A stretch of DNA of 64,000 nt from an uncultured delta proteobacterium. GTDB lineage: Bacteria > Myxococcota_A > Polyangia > Polyangiales > Polyangiaceae. Below, piece by piece: positions 31,650 through 42,527 of this stretch. The notes under the pieces are model-generated. The model was not told the DNA's origin, searched no databases, and was given only the letters and a program-made list of their open reading frames with translations. The stretch is taken from positions 3,168,001 to 3,232,000 of the forward strand of contig CAWDXG010000004.1 in the NCBI GenBank assembly GCA_963806225.1, written 5' to 3'. The position numbers and the translations under genes are program-made. Each line of letters starts with the position of its first letter. Position 1 is the first letter of the stretch.

Positions 31650-32714
31650 TTACGGGCAATCGTCGCTCTTCGGGGTCACGTCCGTGCACTTGTCGCGCGG
31701 AGCGATTTCGTAGGTGCAGTAGTTGAGATAGATCAGACCGACGATCTTGCTGAAGGTCGGGGCGCTAGCGTACTGCCAGGCGTTCGCCGAATTGCCGGGA
31801 TCCGTCACGTCCTTGTAGAAGATCGTGTCGGCGGCCATGAGGTCGTAGTTGGAGAACGAGATGTCGCCGTAATTACCGATGGGCGAGCCGCCGTCGCCCG
31901 CGACGGAGACGGCGCCATCGAGCTCGACCAGAGCGCCGCCCCACTTGGCAAGCGTGGTGGCATCAGTGCCCGCGGCGATCGCGTTGGCCGTCGTAGTGTC
32001 GAGAACGTACGGGGCCGGCGGCGTGGCGGTGCCGTTCTTGGTGATGGGGCACTTCGGGAGGACCGACAGCTGCATCGCGCCCACGGTACCGCCGGTGCAG
32101 GTGCTCGGCGCATACTGGTCGGTCTTGCCGGCCATGATGTCCAGCTTGTCGCCCGGCTTCACGTCGTCGGGGATGGCGTCCGTGCCGGTCTTGCAGGGGC
32201 CGGCAGTGCCCGCGTCGGTCGTGACGGCGTTGTCACCGTACGACACGATCATGATGCTCGTGCTTTCACCTTCCGTCGTCTGACCACCGTCGGTCGCGAA
32301 GACGGCCCACAGGCAGGAGCCCTTCGTTTTCGACTTGTAGGTCAGGAACTTCTGGCTGGTCGCCACCACGTCTGTCAGCTGGACATACTGCCCGATGCCT
32401 ACCTTGCCGGTGTCGATGTCGTTGATGCTCGCGGCTGTGCCGGGAGTGCAGACGCCGGCATCCTTGCCGCCGCTGCCGCCGGTACCCGCCGTGGCCCCGG
32501 TGCCGCCCGTGCCGCTACCGCCCGTGCCGGCCGTTGCGCCCGTGCCGCCCGTGCCACCGGTGCCGCTGCCGCCGGTGCCGGCCGTGCCGCCCGTGCCGCT
32601 GCCGCCCGTGCCACTGCCACCGGTGCCTCCGCCGCTGCTCGAGCTGCGGCACGCCGCAAAGCCAAAGCCCATCACCACTGCTGTACCCAGCACTGCCAAG
32701 CTCTTCATCCTCAT
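31650..32714 (-). CDS. Lipoprotein with Gly/Thr linker and disulfide-containing beta-rich domains
   Basis: FAAC lipobox, (GGTGG)n linker, GGAGG RBS. Confidence 0.8.
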   Translation of the reverse strand: MRMKSLAVLGTAVVMGFGFAACRSSSSGGGTGGSGTGGSGTGGTAGTGGSGTGGTGGTGATAGTGGSGTGGTGATAGTGGSGGKDAGVCTPGTAASINDIDTGKVGIGQYVQLTDVVATSQKFLTYKSKTKGSCLWAVFATDGGQTTEGESTSIMIVSYGDNAVTTDAGTAGPCKTGTDAIPDDVKPGDKLDIMAGKTDQYAPSTCTGGTVGAMQLSVLPKCPITKNGTATPPAPYVLDTTTANAIAAGTDATTLAKWGGALVELDGAVSVAGDGGSPIGNYGDISFSNYDLMAADTIFYKDVTDPGNSANAWQYASAPTFSKIVGLIYLNYCTYEIAPRDKCTDVTPKSDDCP

Positions 32715-32782
32715 TGATCTGTCCTCCAGCGCCGGTGGGTCCCGCTCGACGGGCATAAGGGCGCTCTCAAGATTCCGGAAAC

Positions 32783-34030
32783 CTATGGTGCTTCGACTTT
32801 CGGCGGAGCGCCACTCTTGTCGAGACCAAACCCCTCGTGCAACGCGCGCACGGCGAGCTCGGTGTACTTCGAGGCGATGAGGCAGCTTACCTTGATCTCG
32901 CTGGTGCTGATCGCCTGGATGTTGATGCCTTCGTCAGCCAGCAGCTTGAACATCTCGCTGGCCACGCCCGCATGCGAGCGCATGCCCAGGCCAACGATGG
33001 AAACCTTCACGATATCCGGGTCATACTCGATCGCTGCGCCGCCGATGTCGCGGGCGCACTGCTCGATCAGGTCCTTGACCCGGGTCAGATCGTTCTTCTG
33101 CACGGTGAACGTCACGTCCGTCGTCGCGCCGCCTTCACGCGATGGACTCTGGATGATCATGTCGACCGAGACGTTCTGCTCGGCCAGCAGGCCGAAGATG
33201 GTCGCGACCACGCCGGGGCGGTCGGGGACGTTGATCATCTGCACCTTGGCTTCGCTCTTGTCGTAGGCGACGCCGGCGACGACGACGGATTCCAGCCCTC
33301 GTTCGCCCACGACCATGGTGCCGGGGCGATCACTGAATGACGATCTCACGTGCACGGGAACTCCGTATTTCATGGCGACCTCGACCGAGCGGATCTGCAG
33401 GACCTTGGCGCCGAGCGAGGCCAGCTCGAGCATCTCTTCGTAGCTGATGCGGTCGATCTTGCGGGCGGACGCACAGATGTTCGGGTCGGTCGTGTAGACG
33501 CCGTCCACATCCGTGTAGATCTCGCAGACATCTGCGCCGATCGCCGCCGCGATGGCGACCGCCGTGGTGTCCGAGCCGCCGCGCCCGAGGGTGGTGATGT
33601 TGCCCTCGTCGTCGACGCCCTGGAAGCCGGCCACGACCGCGACCCGACCGGACTTCACCGTGGACAGCAGCTTCGAGCCCTCGATGGTGCGGATGCGCGC
33701 CTTGGTGAAGGCGCCGTCGGTAGAAACGCGGACCTGGTGGCCGAGCAGGCTCTGCGCCTGGCCACCCAGGGCATGGATGCTCATCGCCGTGAGCGCCGAG
33801 CTCACCTGCTCGCCGGTGGCCGCCAGCGCGTCCAGCTCCCGCATATTCGGCGTCGGCGAAACCTCGTGCGCCATCCCCAGCAAGCGGTTCGTCTCGCCCG
33901 CCATCGCGCTGACGATAACCACCACCTCGTTGCCTTCGCGCTGCGTGCGCAGGGCGCGGTCCGCCACATTGCGCATGCGCTCGAGATTCGCGACGGAAGT
34001 GCCGCCGTATTTCTGGACAACGAGAGCCAC
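32783..34030 (-). CDS. lysC: Aspartate kinase
   Basis: [32 protein letters not shown] and two ACT domains. Confidence 0.96.
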   Translation of the reverse strand: MALVVQKYGGTSVANLERMRNVADRALRTQREGNEVVVIVSAMAGETNRLLGMAHEVSPTPNMRELDALAATGEQVSSALTAMSIHALGGQAQSLLGHQVRVSTDGAFTKARIRTIEGSKLLSTVKSGRVAVVAGFQGVDDEGNITTLGRGGSDTTAVAIAAAIGADVCEIYTDVDGVYTTDPNICASARKIDRISYEEMLELASLGAKVLQIRSVEVAMKYGVPVHVRSSFSDRPGTMVVGERGLESVVVAGVAYDKSEAKVQMINVPDRPGVVATIFGLLAEQNVSVDMIIQSPSREGGATTDVTFTVQKNDLTRVKDLIEQCARDIGGAAIEYDPDIVKVSIVGLGMRSHAGVASEMFKLLADEGINIQAISTSEIKVSCLIASKYTELAVRALHEGFGLDKSGAPPKVEAP

Positions 34031-34497
34031 GGGATGCCTACCACCCGCGGAAGGGCGGAGCGGCGGAAGCTAGCGCCGGGGGTAGAGCGGGTCAACGCGG
34101 GCCGGGCACTGACAGGATTCCTGACGCCAGCCCCCGATAATGCCTACGCGCCGCTGTGCCAGCGCGTTGCAGACCAGCTTCAGCCACTGGTGACGGCTTG
34201 GCATCCGAGCGCGGTAGCTCGGGCGATGGACACCTTGGCGCCTCCCTCGAACGAAGCTGGCGGCGCGGTCGGTGCGGCGGCGGATGTCGCAGGCTTCGCA
34301 GACGCCGTGGGCGCAGACGCTGGAGGCGCGCCGTGCACAGCGGCGACCGCAGACGCTCGCGCCGGGGGGCTCGGCTGCGAGGATCGGCAGTCATTGGGTC
34401 GTGAGAATGACCATGCATGGAAGGGCGTAGCCGGCGAGCATGCCGCGAGCTGCTTACGAGTCCCGCCCGCCCGCGGCCACACCGGGCCACGGACATG

Positions 34498-34545
34498 CGG
34501 CGCAGGCGCGGGGTTCGGCGCAGGCGCGGGGTTCGGCGCAGGCGC
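34498..34545. repeat. 18-bp tandem repeat (~2.7 copies)
   Basis: CGGCGCAGGCGCGGGGTT repeated. Confidence 0.8.
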
Positions 34546-34566
34546 TCCTGGGTTTCCACAAGGGAA

Positions 34567-34655
34567 GTCATAGGCGCCTGGACGTCCGGATTCCGGACAT
34601 TTCGGTGCCCATGACCGGTCATGGGCACCCGAACGTCCGCTTTCCGGACATTTCG
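34567..34655. repeat. REP/BIME-like composite of 38-bp direct repeats overlapping a perfect 26-bp palindrome
   Basis: 34567-34604 matches 34618-34655 at 32/38; GGTGCCCATGACCGGTCATGGGCACC at 34604-34629. Confidence 0.8.
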
Positions 34656-34762
34656 AGAGGGATGGGTCTCCACGTGGAAGTCTCATGGCGACATACCCCA
34701 GGTATCCCGCAGATGCGCGGCTAGCACCCCCACGCGCACGCGACGCCAGGCGCGCGCCCCGG

Positions 34763-35935
34763 TGGAGTGCCAGGACATCGCTTGCACCTGGAGTGCCAGG
34801 ACATCGTTGACAGTCGGCCGTGCCCTGGAAGGAACGGCGGACGATGAGTATGAAGCTGGAATTGGTGGAGCGGGCTGGCCGCGGCGAGCCCGTCACGGCT
34901 CTGTGTGCCGGGAGTTCGGTGTCAGCCGCACGACCGCGCACAAGTGGCTGAAGCGGTACAAGGAGCAGGGCCACGACGGCCTCGAGGAGCAGAGTCGGCG
35001 ACCGCGGTCAGCCCCGCTGGCTACCGCCGAGGACATCGTCGTGCCTGTGCTTGAAGCACGCGACGCGCACCCTCGCTGGGGGCCCGAGACACTGCGGCTC
35101 TTCCTCCAGCGGCGTTTCAAGGACCAGACGCCGTCGCGGCGGACCATCGCGCGGATCATCAAGCGCGCGGGACGCGTCCGGGCGCGGAAGAAGCGCCGGC
35201 CGCCCAGCGTGGTCGAGCAGGCACCCATGGTGAGTGCCAAAGAGCCCAACGACGTGTGGACCGTCGACTTCAAGGGCTGGTGGCGCGCGGTCAACGGCCA
35301 GCGCTGCGAGCCGTTGACGGTTCGCGACGCGCATAGCCGCTTCGTCTTGGCGTGCCGGCTGTGCAAAGCCTCCACCATCGAGGTCCGCACGGAGTCCGAG
35401 CGGCTCGCCCATGAACGCGTCCATCGCGATATCGCCGAGGACGTGCAGGCCTACCCCGCCGCAGACGGCAAGGCCCAACAGCGCGCTCTCGATCGCTGGC
35501 GGCAGGAGTTCAACCACGTCCGGCCCCGCCAGGCCCTCGCCGGAAAGACGCCCGGCGAGGTGTACACCCCGTCGGAACGACGTGGACTACGTCCCATCGT
35601 CCCGAGCTATCCGCCACACTTCCACCCGCTCGTGGTCCAGAAGAACGGTTGCCTCTACTGGCGAGGCGAGACGTACTTCCTCAGCGAGTCGCTTTCGGGA
35701 CACCATGTTGCCCTCGAGCTACTCGACGGCCTACGCGCGCATGTGTGGTTCTATCAGCTCCGCGTGGCCACGATGGAGCTCCTGCCTGACTTGCCAGAGG
35801 CCATCTATGTCAAAAAGGCGTAGCCGGAAGGCGAAAAGGAACAGTCGGATGAACACCCCCAAGACCACAACGAGGGCGCGCACTGTCAACCCCTGACCCC
35901 TAACCAAAGTGCAAGCGATGTCTTGTCCTGCACCA
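34763..35935 (+). mobile_element. Decayed IS481-family insertion sequence
   Basis: Imperfect terminal inverted repeats share GACATCGCTTGCAC (34774-34787 vs 35909-35922). The left end has a duplicated 18-mer TGGAGTGCCAGGACATCG (34763, 34789). A transposase remnant lies inside. Confidence 0.85.
34820..35823 (+). pseudogene. IS481-family transposase, frameshifted and internally deleted
   Basis: MPWKE start, HTH (REFGVSRTTAHKWLKRY), WTVDFKG and FNHVRP. Frameshift ~34905; the SDNG catalytic segment is missing between TIEVRTES and HERVHR. Confidence 0.85.
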
Positions 35936-35944
35936 CGGCCGAAT

Positions 35945-36089
<145 letters not shown>

Positions 36090-36221
36090 AGCGACGCGCC
36101 AAGCCGGCGGTGTAGGGCCGGCTCTGCGGGCGCAGCGGCTGCCAGGACCCACCAGCCCCCCTCATACGCGCCTGGCGTTTCCGGTTCGGGGGCGGACACA
36201 AACCATGTACCCTCCCGCGCC

Positions 36222-36566
36222 GTGACGCCGTTGGGCAGCTACGTCGTCGAGACGCTCGTCACGCTGGTGGGGGTGATCGCCCTGGCGGTGCTGGTGCTGT
36301 ATGGCGCGCGGCGCGCGGGCATGGGGCGCGCGGGCGGTCCGCTGGAGATGGTCGGGCGGCTGCCGCTCGACGCGCGGCGCGCGGTGTATCTCGTGCGGGT
36401 GGGACGCACCGTGTTCGTGATCGGCGCCAGCGAGGCCGGCTTGAACAAGCTTGGCGAGATCGACGACGAGGGGCTCGAGCTGGGATCCGGACCGCCACCG
36501 GGTGGGTCGTTCGGCGAGGCGCTCGGGCGCGTGCTCGGAAGAAAGCCGCCGAAGGACGGAACGTGA
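36222..36566 (+). CDS. FliO-like protein
   Basis: N-terminal TM helix, then LEMVGRLPLDARRAVYLVRVG..FVIGASE; overlaps the fliP-like start (GTGA). Confidence 0.8.
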   Translation: MTPLGSYVVETLVTLVGVIALAVLVLYGARRAGMGRAGGPLEMVGRLPLDARRAVYLVRVGRTVFVIGASEAGLNKLGEIDDEGLELGSGPPPGGSFGEALGRVLGRKPPKDGT

Positions 36567-37330
36567 CGCGCCCGGGATTCCGCCGCATCGCGGCCGCTGG
36601 CACGCTGCTCCTCTTGTCGAGTCCGGGCCTGGCGCTGGCGCAGCCCAATCCCATCACGAAGCCGGACGACCTCCTGACGCGCCCGATCGCGCTGGTGGTG
36701 GCGCTGGCGCTGGTGTCGATCCTGCCGTTCGCGTTCATGACGGTGACGGCCTTCGTGAAGATCTCGACCGTGCTGCAGATCGTGCGCGGCGCGATCGGCG
36801 CGCAGAACGTCCCGTCGAACACCGTGATCATGGCGCTGGCCGGCGCGCTCACGCTGCTCGCCATGGCGCCCGTAGGATCGCGCATCGCCGCCCGCGCCGC
36901 GCCGCTGTTCAAGCAAGGCAAGGCGAACGACACCAGCGCGCTGGTGAGCGGCCTCATCACGGCCACGCGCGAACCGATGCGCGCCTTCCTCAAGGCGAAC
37001 TCGTCCGAGCGCGAGCACGAGCGCTTCTACCAGATCGCCCGCGCCGCGCGCCCCAAGGCGGAGCGCGCCAAGGTGGGCCGCGACGACCTGGTGATCGTGA
37101 TCCCGTCCTTCGTGGTGACAGAGCTGCTGGAGGCGTTCGCCATCGGCTTCGCGCTGTACCTGCCGTTCCTGGTCATCGATCTGGTGGTGTCGAATGTGCT
37201 GCTGGCGCTCGGCATGCAGATGATGAACCCGACCCAGGTGAGCCTGCCGTTCAAGCTGCTCCTGTTCGTGGCGATCGACGGCTGGGGGCTGCTCGCCCAG
37301 GCACTGGTGACCGGCTATAGACCGGGCTAG
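36563..37330 (+). CDS. sctR: Type III export gate subunit FliP/SctR
   Basis: TAFVKISTVLQIVRGAIGAQNVPSN, PSFVVTELLEAFAIGF.LYLPFLVIDLVVSNVLLALGMQM and SLPFKLLLFVAIDGW. Confidence 0.92.
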   Translation: MTRPGFRRIAAAGTLLLLSSPGLALAQPNPITKPDDLLTRPIALVVALALVSILPFAFMTVTAFVKISTVLQIVRGAIGAQNVPSNTVIMALAGALTLLAMAPVGSRIAARAAPLFKQGKANDTSALVSGLITATREPMRAFLKANSSEREHERFYQIARAARPKAERAKVGRDDLVIVIPSFVVTELLEAFAIGFALYLPFLVIDLVVSNVLLALGMQMMNPTQVSLPFKLLLFVAIDGWGLLAQALVTGYRPG

Positions 37331-37610
37331 GCACGCTGTCCGCAGTACGCACGCCACCGATGACGCGGTGCGTTAAATGGCTGATTTCAAAGGCCGGGAA
37401 AGCAAAGGTCGCGCCTTCCTGGAATACCTCGCGATCCTGGTGGTTTTCCGGCTGCCAGCACAGCCCTGGCCCAGTGCCGGCTCGTCGCTGGGCTCGAGTT
37501 GACACGGATCGCGCCATCGCTAGGATGCCGCGGCCCGATTGCCCCCCCCACTGAACTGACAGGCTTCGGGCACTGCAGCAGGGGAACCCTAACTCCTGGA
37601 TGGAGATCGG

Positions 37611-38759
37611 ATGACAACCGACGTCATGATCAATGCGAGCTCGCTCACCAAGCGGTTTGGGCCGGTTCGCGCGCTCGACAAGGTGAGCTTCGAGGTCCAC
37701 CGCGGCGAGGTCGTGGGCTTCCTGGGGCCGAACGGCGCCGGGAAGTCGACCACCATGCGCATCCTCACGTGCTTCATCTCCCCCAGCTCGGGGGGGGCCA
37801 AGGTGCACGGCCACGACGTGTTCGACGAGCCCCTCGAGGTGCGCCGCTCGCTCGGCTACCTGCCGCAGCGCGCGCCGCTCTACACGGATATGCGCGTGTG
37901 GGACTACCTGGAGTTCGCCGCGAAAATCCGCGGTCTCGACAGCTCCGCCTTCCGCAGCCGGCTGAAGAAGGTGGTGGAGGTGTGCGGCCTGGCCCAGGTG
38001 CTCGGCAAGGACATCGGGACCCTCTCGCACGGCTACCGCCAGCGCGTGGGCCTGGGCCAAGCGCTGATCCACGACCCGCCGATCCTGATCCTGGACGAGC
38101 CGACGAGCGACCTCGATCCGAACGAGAAGGCGGAGGTGCTCCGCTACATCAAGGAGATCGGCAAGGACCGCACGGTGCTCTTGTCCACGCACAACCTGGC
38201 CGAGGTCGAGGAGGCGTGCGCGCGGGCCATCATCGTCAGCAAGGGCCGCGTCGTCGCCGACGGGCCGCTGGACGAGATCCGCGCCCGCACCGGCCGCGTC
38301 CGCTACGTCATCAGCATCGACGAGAAGAAGGCGGAGGCCGGCAACAAGCCGCCTTCGGCCACGGATGTGCAGGACGCGCTGGAGCGGCTCGACGGTGCCT
38401 CGCGCATCAAGGAGCTGCCCACGGACGAGAAGGCGCACAAGTTCGAGCTGAGCGGTGACCAGGACGGCGACCTGCGCGCCGAGCTGTACCGGCTGATGGT
38501 GGCGCGCAACTGGACGCTGCTCGAGCTCCGGCGCGACGCCCAGACCCTCGACGCGGTCTTCCGCGACCTCACCCGCGGCGACGAACGGCTCGATCGCGGC
38601 GAAGAGTGGGAGGACGAAGACGAGGACGACGAGGAATACGAGGACGAAGAGGACGAGGAAACCGAGGACGAAGCCCCCGACAGCGGCGAGGCGTCCGAGG
38701 ACGACGAAGACGAAGACGAGGACGAAGACGAGGACGAGAAGTCCGACCGGAGTGCTTGA
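37611..38759 (+). CDS. ABC transporter ATPase, GldA-like, with acidic C-terminal tail
   Basis: GPNGAGKST, LSHGYRQ and ILDEPT motifs; ~45-residue D/E tail. Confidence 0.93.
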   Translation: MTTDVMINASSLTKRFGPVRALDKVSFEVHRGEVVGFLGPNGAGKSTTMRILTCFISPSSGGAKVHGHDVFDEPLEVRRSLGYLPQRAPLYTDMRVWDYLEFAAKIRGLDSSAFRSRLKKVVEVCGLAQVLGKDIGTLSHGYRQRVGLGQALIHDPPILILDEPTSDLDPNEKAEVLRYIKEIGKDRTVLLSTHNLAEVEEACARAIIVSKGRVVADGPLDEIRARTGRVRYVISIDEKKAEAGNKPPSATDVQDALERLDGASRIKELPTDEKAHKFELSGDQDGDLRAELYRLMVARNWTLLELRRDAQTLDAVFRDLTRGDERLDRGEEWEDEDEDDEEYEDEEDEETEDEAPDSGEASEDDEDEDEDEDEDEKSDRSA

Positions 38760-38762
38760 TCC

Positions 38763-39497
38763 ATGCCCCCGATGCTGACGATTGCGAAACGCGAGTTCCG
38801 CTCCTATTTCGAGTCGCCGTTGGCCTACGTGGTCATCTGCGTGAGCTTCCTCGCGCTGGGCGGTTTCTTCTTCATGTACCGCGGCGGCTTCTGGCAGGTC
38901 GACCGCGCCACGCTGCAGAACATGTTCGAGTACGTGCCCTGGGGGCTGTCCGTGCTCGTCATTCCGGTCGTGACGATGCGGCTACTGGCCGAGGAAAAGC
39001 GCGCCGGTACGCTGGAGATGCTGATCACGCTGCCGGTCAAGGACAGCGACGTGATCCTGGGCAAGTACTTCGGCGCGCTCGGACTGGTGCTGGTGCTGGT
39101 CCTCGCGACGCTGGTCTACCCACTGGTGATGTTCAAATGGCCGTGGGACCTCGGACCGCTCGATATGGGACCGGTGCTCAGCGGCTATCTGGGCCTGATC
39201 CTGTTCAGCGCGGCAGCGACGGCCATCGGCCTCCTGATCAGCGCGCTGACCGATAGCCAGGCTATCGCGTTCTTCATCACGTTCTTCGTACTGCTCGGGC
39301 TGTGGCTGATCGGCTCGTTCGCCGGCACGATGAGCGGCTGGTACGGCGACGTGCTCGCGTATGTGAGCTTCCAGTCGAGGCTGGAGGGCTTCACCCGCGG
39401 ACTCATCGACACCCGCGCCGTCATCTATTTCCTCTCGGTCACCGGGCTGGCGCTCGTTGTGGCATTCAGGGCGCTCGAGCGCCGCAAGTGGGCATAA
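38763..39497 (+). CDS. ABC-2 permease, GldF-like
   Basis: REFRSYFESPLAY, TMRLLAEEKRAGTLEMLITLPV and GLIDTRAVIYF. Confidence 0.9.
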   Translation: MPPMLTIAKREFRSYFESPLAYVVICVSFLALGGFFFMYRGGFWQVDRATLQNMFEYVPWGLSVLVIPVVTMRLLAEEKRAGTLEMLITLPVKDSDVILGKYFGALGLVLVLVLATLVYPLVMFKWPWDLGPLDMGPVLSGYLGLILFSAAATAIGLLISALTDSQAIAFFITFFVLLGLWLIGSFAGTMSGWYGDVLAYVSFQSRLEGFTRGLIDTRAVIYFLSVTGLALVVAFRALERRKWA

Positions 39498-39499
39498 GC

Positions 39500-41347
39500 A
39501 TGGCAAGCCAGGACAAGAAGCGGAAGGCAGCTGCACAGACCGGGATCTACCTGGTGGTGATCGCGGCGATCATGGCGATCGCCAACCTGCTGGCGGCGGG
39601 CGTCTACGACCGCATCGACGTCACGAAGAACGAGCGATACACGCTGAGCAAGGGCAGCGCACAGTTGCTGTCCACGCTCAAGGGCCCGATCCAGGTCGAC
39701 GCCTACGTCACCAAGGGGCTGGCCAAGCTCGACGCCTTCACCCGCGACCTGACGGATCTACTCAAGGAGTATCGGCGGGCCGGAAAGGGCAAGTTCAAGT
39801 TCACCATCATCGAGGCGAAGACCGACGAGCTCAGGAAGAAGGCCAAGGATGCCGGGCTGAAGCCGACGGCGTTCGGCGAAGCCAGCGCTACCGGCGAGGA
39901 CCAGGCGCAGATCGCGCAGGGCTACATGGGCCTCGTGTTCAAGTACGGCAGCGAGAAGACGGTCATCCCGCAGCTCGCGCCGGGACGCTCGGAAGGGCTC
40001 GAGTTCTGGATCACGAACAAGATCCGCGAGGTCCGCGACAAGTCGGACAACATCAAGCACCGCATCGGCGTCATCACGGGCAAGGACGAGCTCAAGCTCT
40101 CCGACCAGAACCTCGTGCCCAAGCAGGGGCGGCAGGGCTCGCCGAGCATCAAGTCGATCCTCGAGCAGGCGTTCCCCTTCTACAAGATCGAGACGGTCGA
40201 TCTGAAGGGCGGCGACGCCGCGATCGACAAGGACCTCGACGGCATCATCATCACGCAGCCGCAGAAGGACTACACCGAGAAGGAGCTGCGGCGTGTCGAC
40301 CAGTTCCTGATGCTGGGCGGCAAGTCGCTGGCGGTGTTCGCCTCCGCGGTGACGCTCAAGCCGAGCGACGCGACCATGAACGCCACGCTGGACCTGCACG
40401 GGCTGGACAAGCTCATCGCGGGCTACGGCATCGACATGAAGAAGGACGCCGTTCTCGACTACGGCGCCCAGTTCCGGCTGCCCGTGATGACGCAGACCGG
40501 CGCGGTGCAGTCGATCCGGGATCCCGGCATCATCCACGTGGTCAACGACCCGCGTCTCGAGAAGAAGGACGAGCTGCTCGACAACAGCTTCCCCGCCTTC
40601 TTCCGCATGGACGAGATCGCCTTCCCGTTCCCGTCGAGCCTGGAGCTGCTCAAGGACAAGCAGCCGAAGGACGTGAAGATCTTCGCTGTCGCCCGGACCA
40701 CGCCGGCGGCCGGCACGCTGACGGGCTCCAGTGTCGACATGAAGCTGAAGACGGACTGGCCGCCCAAGCCGCCGTACAAGCAGCACATCATCGCGGCGGT
40801 CGCCGAGGGCAAGCTGAAGAGCGCCTTCGCGGGCAAGAAGGACAAGGACATCAAGGTCCCCGGGGTCGCGGCCAAGCCCTCGCGCGTGCTGGTCGTGTCT
40901 TCGAGCCTGTTCTTGACGAACCCGTTCGCCTACGCGGGCAACGGTCCCCAGCTCGGCGGCCAGTTCGCGATGATGGGCGCAATCGGTGGCGACCCGCAGC
41001 TGCAGATGTTCGCCGGTCCCTATGCGCAGCGCTATCTCACCAACACGATCCTGTCGGTCAAGAACACGCTCGACTGGATGAGCGGCGACACCGACCTGTT
41101 GGCGGCCAGCGCCAAGATCCTGGGTGAGCCGAACCTGACCTACGCCAGCATCCAGAAGCCGAAGATCGCTGCCGAGGACGACGAGGCGGCGATCAAGAAG
41201 AAGGACGAGCAGTACAGAAAGCGCCAGAGCACCGTGCAGCGTCAGGTGCAGTGGTCGCTCACGCTTGGCGTGCCGCTGTTCTTCGCCCTGTTCGGCTTCT
41301 TCCGCTGGCGCATGCGCGACTCGAAAAAAGACCAGTACAAGGTTTGA
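39500..41347 (+). CDS. GldG-like ABC auxiliary protein
   Basis: N- and C-terminal TM helices; RIDVTKNERYTLS, YMGLVFKYG and DQFLMLGGK. Confidence 0.88.
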   Translation: MASQDKKRKAAAQTGIYLVVIAAIMAIANLLAAGVYDRIDVTKNERYTLSKGSAQLLSTLKGPIQVDAYVTKGLAKLDAFTRDLTDLLKEYRRAGKGKFKFTIIEAKTDELRKKAKDAGLKPTAFGEASATGEDQAQIAQGYMGLVFKYGSEKTVIPQLAPGRSEGLEFWITNKIREVRDKSDNIKHRIGVITGKDELKLSDQNLVPKQGRQGSPSIKSILEQAFPFYKIETVDLKGGDAAIDKDLDGIIITQPQKDYTEKELRRVDQFLMLGGKSLAVFASAVTLKPSDATMNATLDLHGLDKLIAGYGIDMKKDAVLDYGAQFRLPVMTQTGAVQSIRDPGIIHVVNDPRLEKKDELLDNSFPAFFRMDEIAFPFPSSLELLKDKQPKDVKIFAVARTTPAAGTLTGSSVDMKLKTDWPPKPPYKQHIIAAVAEGKLKSAFAGKKDKDIKVPGVAAKPSRVLVVSSSLFLTNPFAYAGNGPQLGGQFAMMGAIGGDPQLQMFAGPYAQRYLTNTILSVKNTLDWMSGDTDLLAASAKILGEPNLTYASIQKPKIAAEDDEAAIKKKDEQYRKRQSTVQRQVQWSLTLGVPLFFALFGFFRWRMRDSKKDQYKV

Positions 41348-41359
41348 GAGACCAAGCTC

Positions 41360-42457
41360 ATGGCCCTTAGCACCGACAAGAAGCTCTACATCGCCGTTGG
41401 CGTCCTCGTGGTACTCGGCGGAGCCCTCTACTTCCAGAAGAAGCAGGCAAAGGAAGAGGCCGCTACCTATTCCCTCGCAGGGCGCGAGAAGGAGCTGCCG
41501 AAGCTCGACATCAAGGATGCCGACATCAAGAACGTCGACACCATCACGATCACCCAGCCGCCCGGCGACGCCGGCAAGCCGGCCCAGGTCGTCCTGAAGA
41601 AGAACGGCAAGACCTGGGAGCTGGAGAAGCCTGTCAGTGCCAAGGCCAACCAGTCCAACATCAAGTCGCTGCTCGACAACGTGAAGGACCTCAAGGTGAG
41701 CGAGGTCATCGACGACTCCGCGAAGTCGTACGACAAGTTCAGCGTCTCCGACAAAAAGGCGCTGCACCTGGTACTGGAAGCCGGCAAGAAGAAGGTCGCC
41801 GACCTGTACTTCGGCGAGAGCGGCTCCCGCGGCGAGATGACCCGCATCGCCGGCAAGGACGGCGTGTACGCGGTGCAGGGCTACTCGAGCTTCATGTATT
41901 CACGCGACACGAAGGGTTGGCGCGACCTGACCATCTTCAAGTTCGACGACAAGAAGGCGAAGGACATCGAGGTCGAGAACGAGAACGGCACCTTCACCTT
42001 CGCGAAGAAGGACGACAAGTGGACCGGCAAGTTCAAGAAGGCCAGCGGCGCCGACAAGAAGATCGGCAAGCTCGACCCTGACAAGTTCGACCCCGACAAG
42101 GTGGGCGACATGCTGCGCGCCTACAAGGCGCTCAACGCCGACGGCTTCGGCGGCGACAAGAAGCCAGGCGACGTGGGCCTGACGGAGCCCAAGGCGACCG
42201 TCACCATCACGCTCGCCGACGGCGGCAAGAGAGTGCTCCTGGTGGGCGACAAGGCCGAGGGCTCGAGCCACTGGGCGAAGAAGCCCGACGAGGCCCAGAT
42301 CTACAGCATTTCGAGCTGGGCGGCGGACTGGGCCACGGCCGCGCCGAAGAAGTTCCAGAAGGGCAACGACGACAAGTCGAAGGGGCCGCCGGGCGGCGGC
42401 ATGCCGCACGGCATGCCGGGCATGCCCGGCATGATGCCGCACGGCATGCCGCACTGA
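41360..42457 (+). CDS. DUF4340-like membrane-anchored protein with Met/His/Gly/Pro tail
   Basis: Position after gldG-like gene; two repeated beta-rich domains; WRD motif; tail GGGMPHGMPGMPGMMPHGMPH. Confidence 0.8.
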   Translation: MALSTDKKLYIAVGVLVVLGGALYFQKKQAKEEAATYSLAGREKELPKLDIKDADIKNVDTITITQPPGDAGKPAQVVLKKNGKTWELEKPVSAKANQSNIKSLLDNVKDLKVSEVIDDSAKSYDKFSVSDKKALHLVLEAGKKKVADLYFGESGSRGEMTRIAGKDGVYAVQGYSSFMYSRDTKGWRDLTIFKFDDKKAKDIEVENENGTFTFAKKDDKWTGKFKKASGADKKIGKLDPDKFDPDKVGDMLRAYKALNADGFGGDKKPGDVGLTEPKATVTITLADGGKRVLLVGDKAEGSSHWAKKPDEAQIYSISSWAADWATAAPKKFQKGNDDKSKGPPGGGMPHGMPGMPGMMPHGMPH

Positions 42458-42527
42458 CCCGACGCGCTTTCCGAGCCCGTGCCCCGGCTGCGCGCCCGGC
42501 CGGGGGCGTGCTATTAGGCGGCGTCTC

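Noticed and set aside
34498..34806. Short direct repeats as a possible CRISPR array
   Set aside because: Only 2-3 copies each, no unique spacers of constant length, no cas genes; the 18-mer pair belongs to the IS end.
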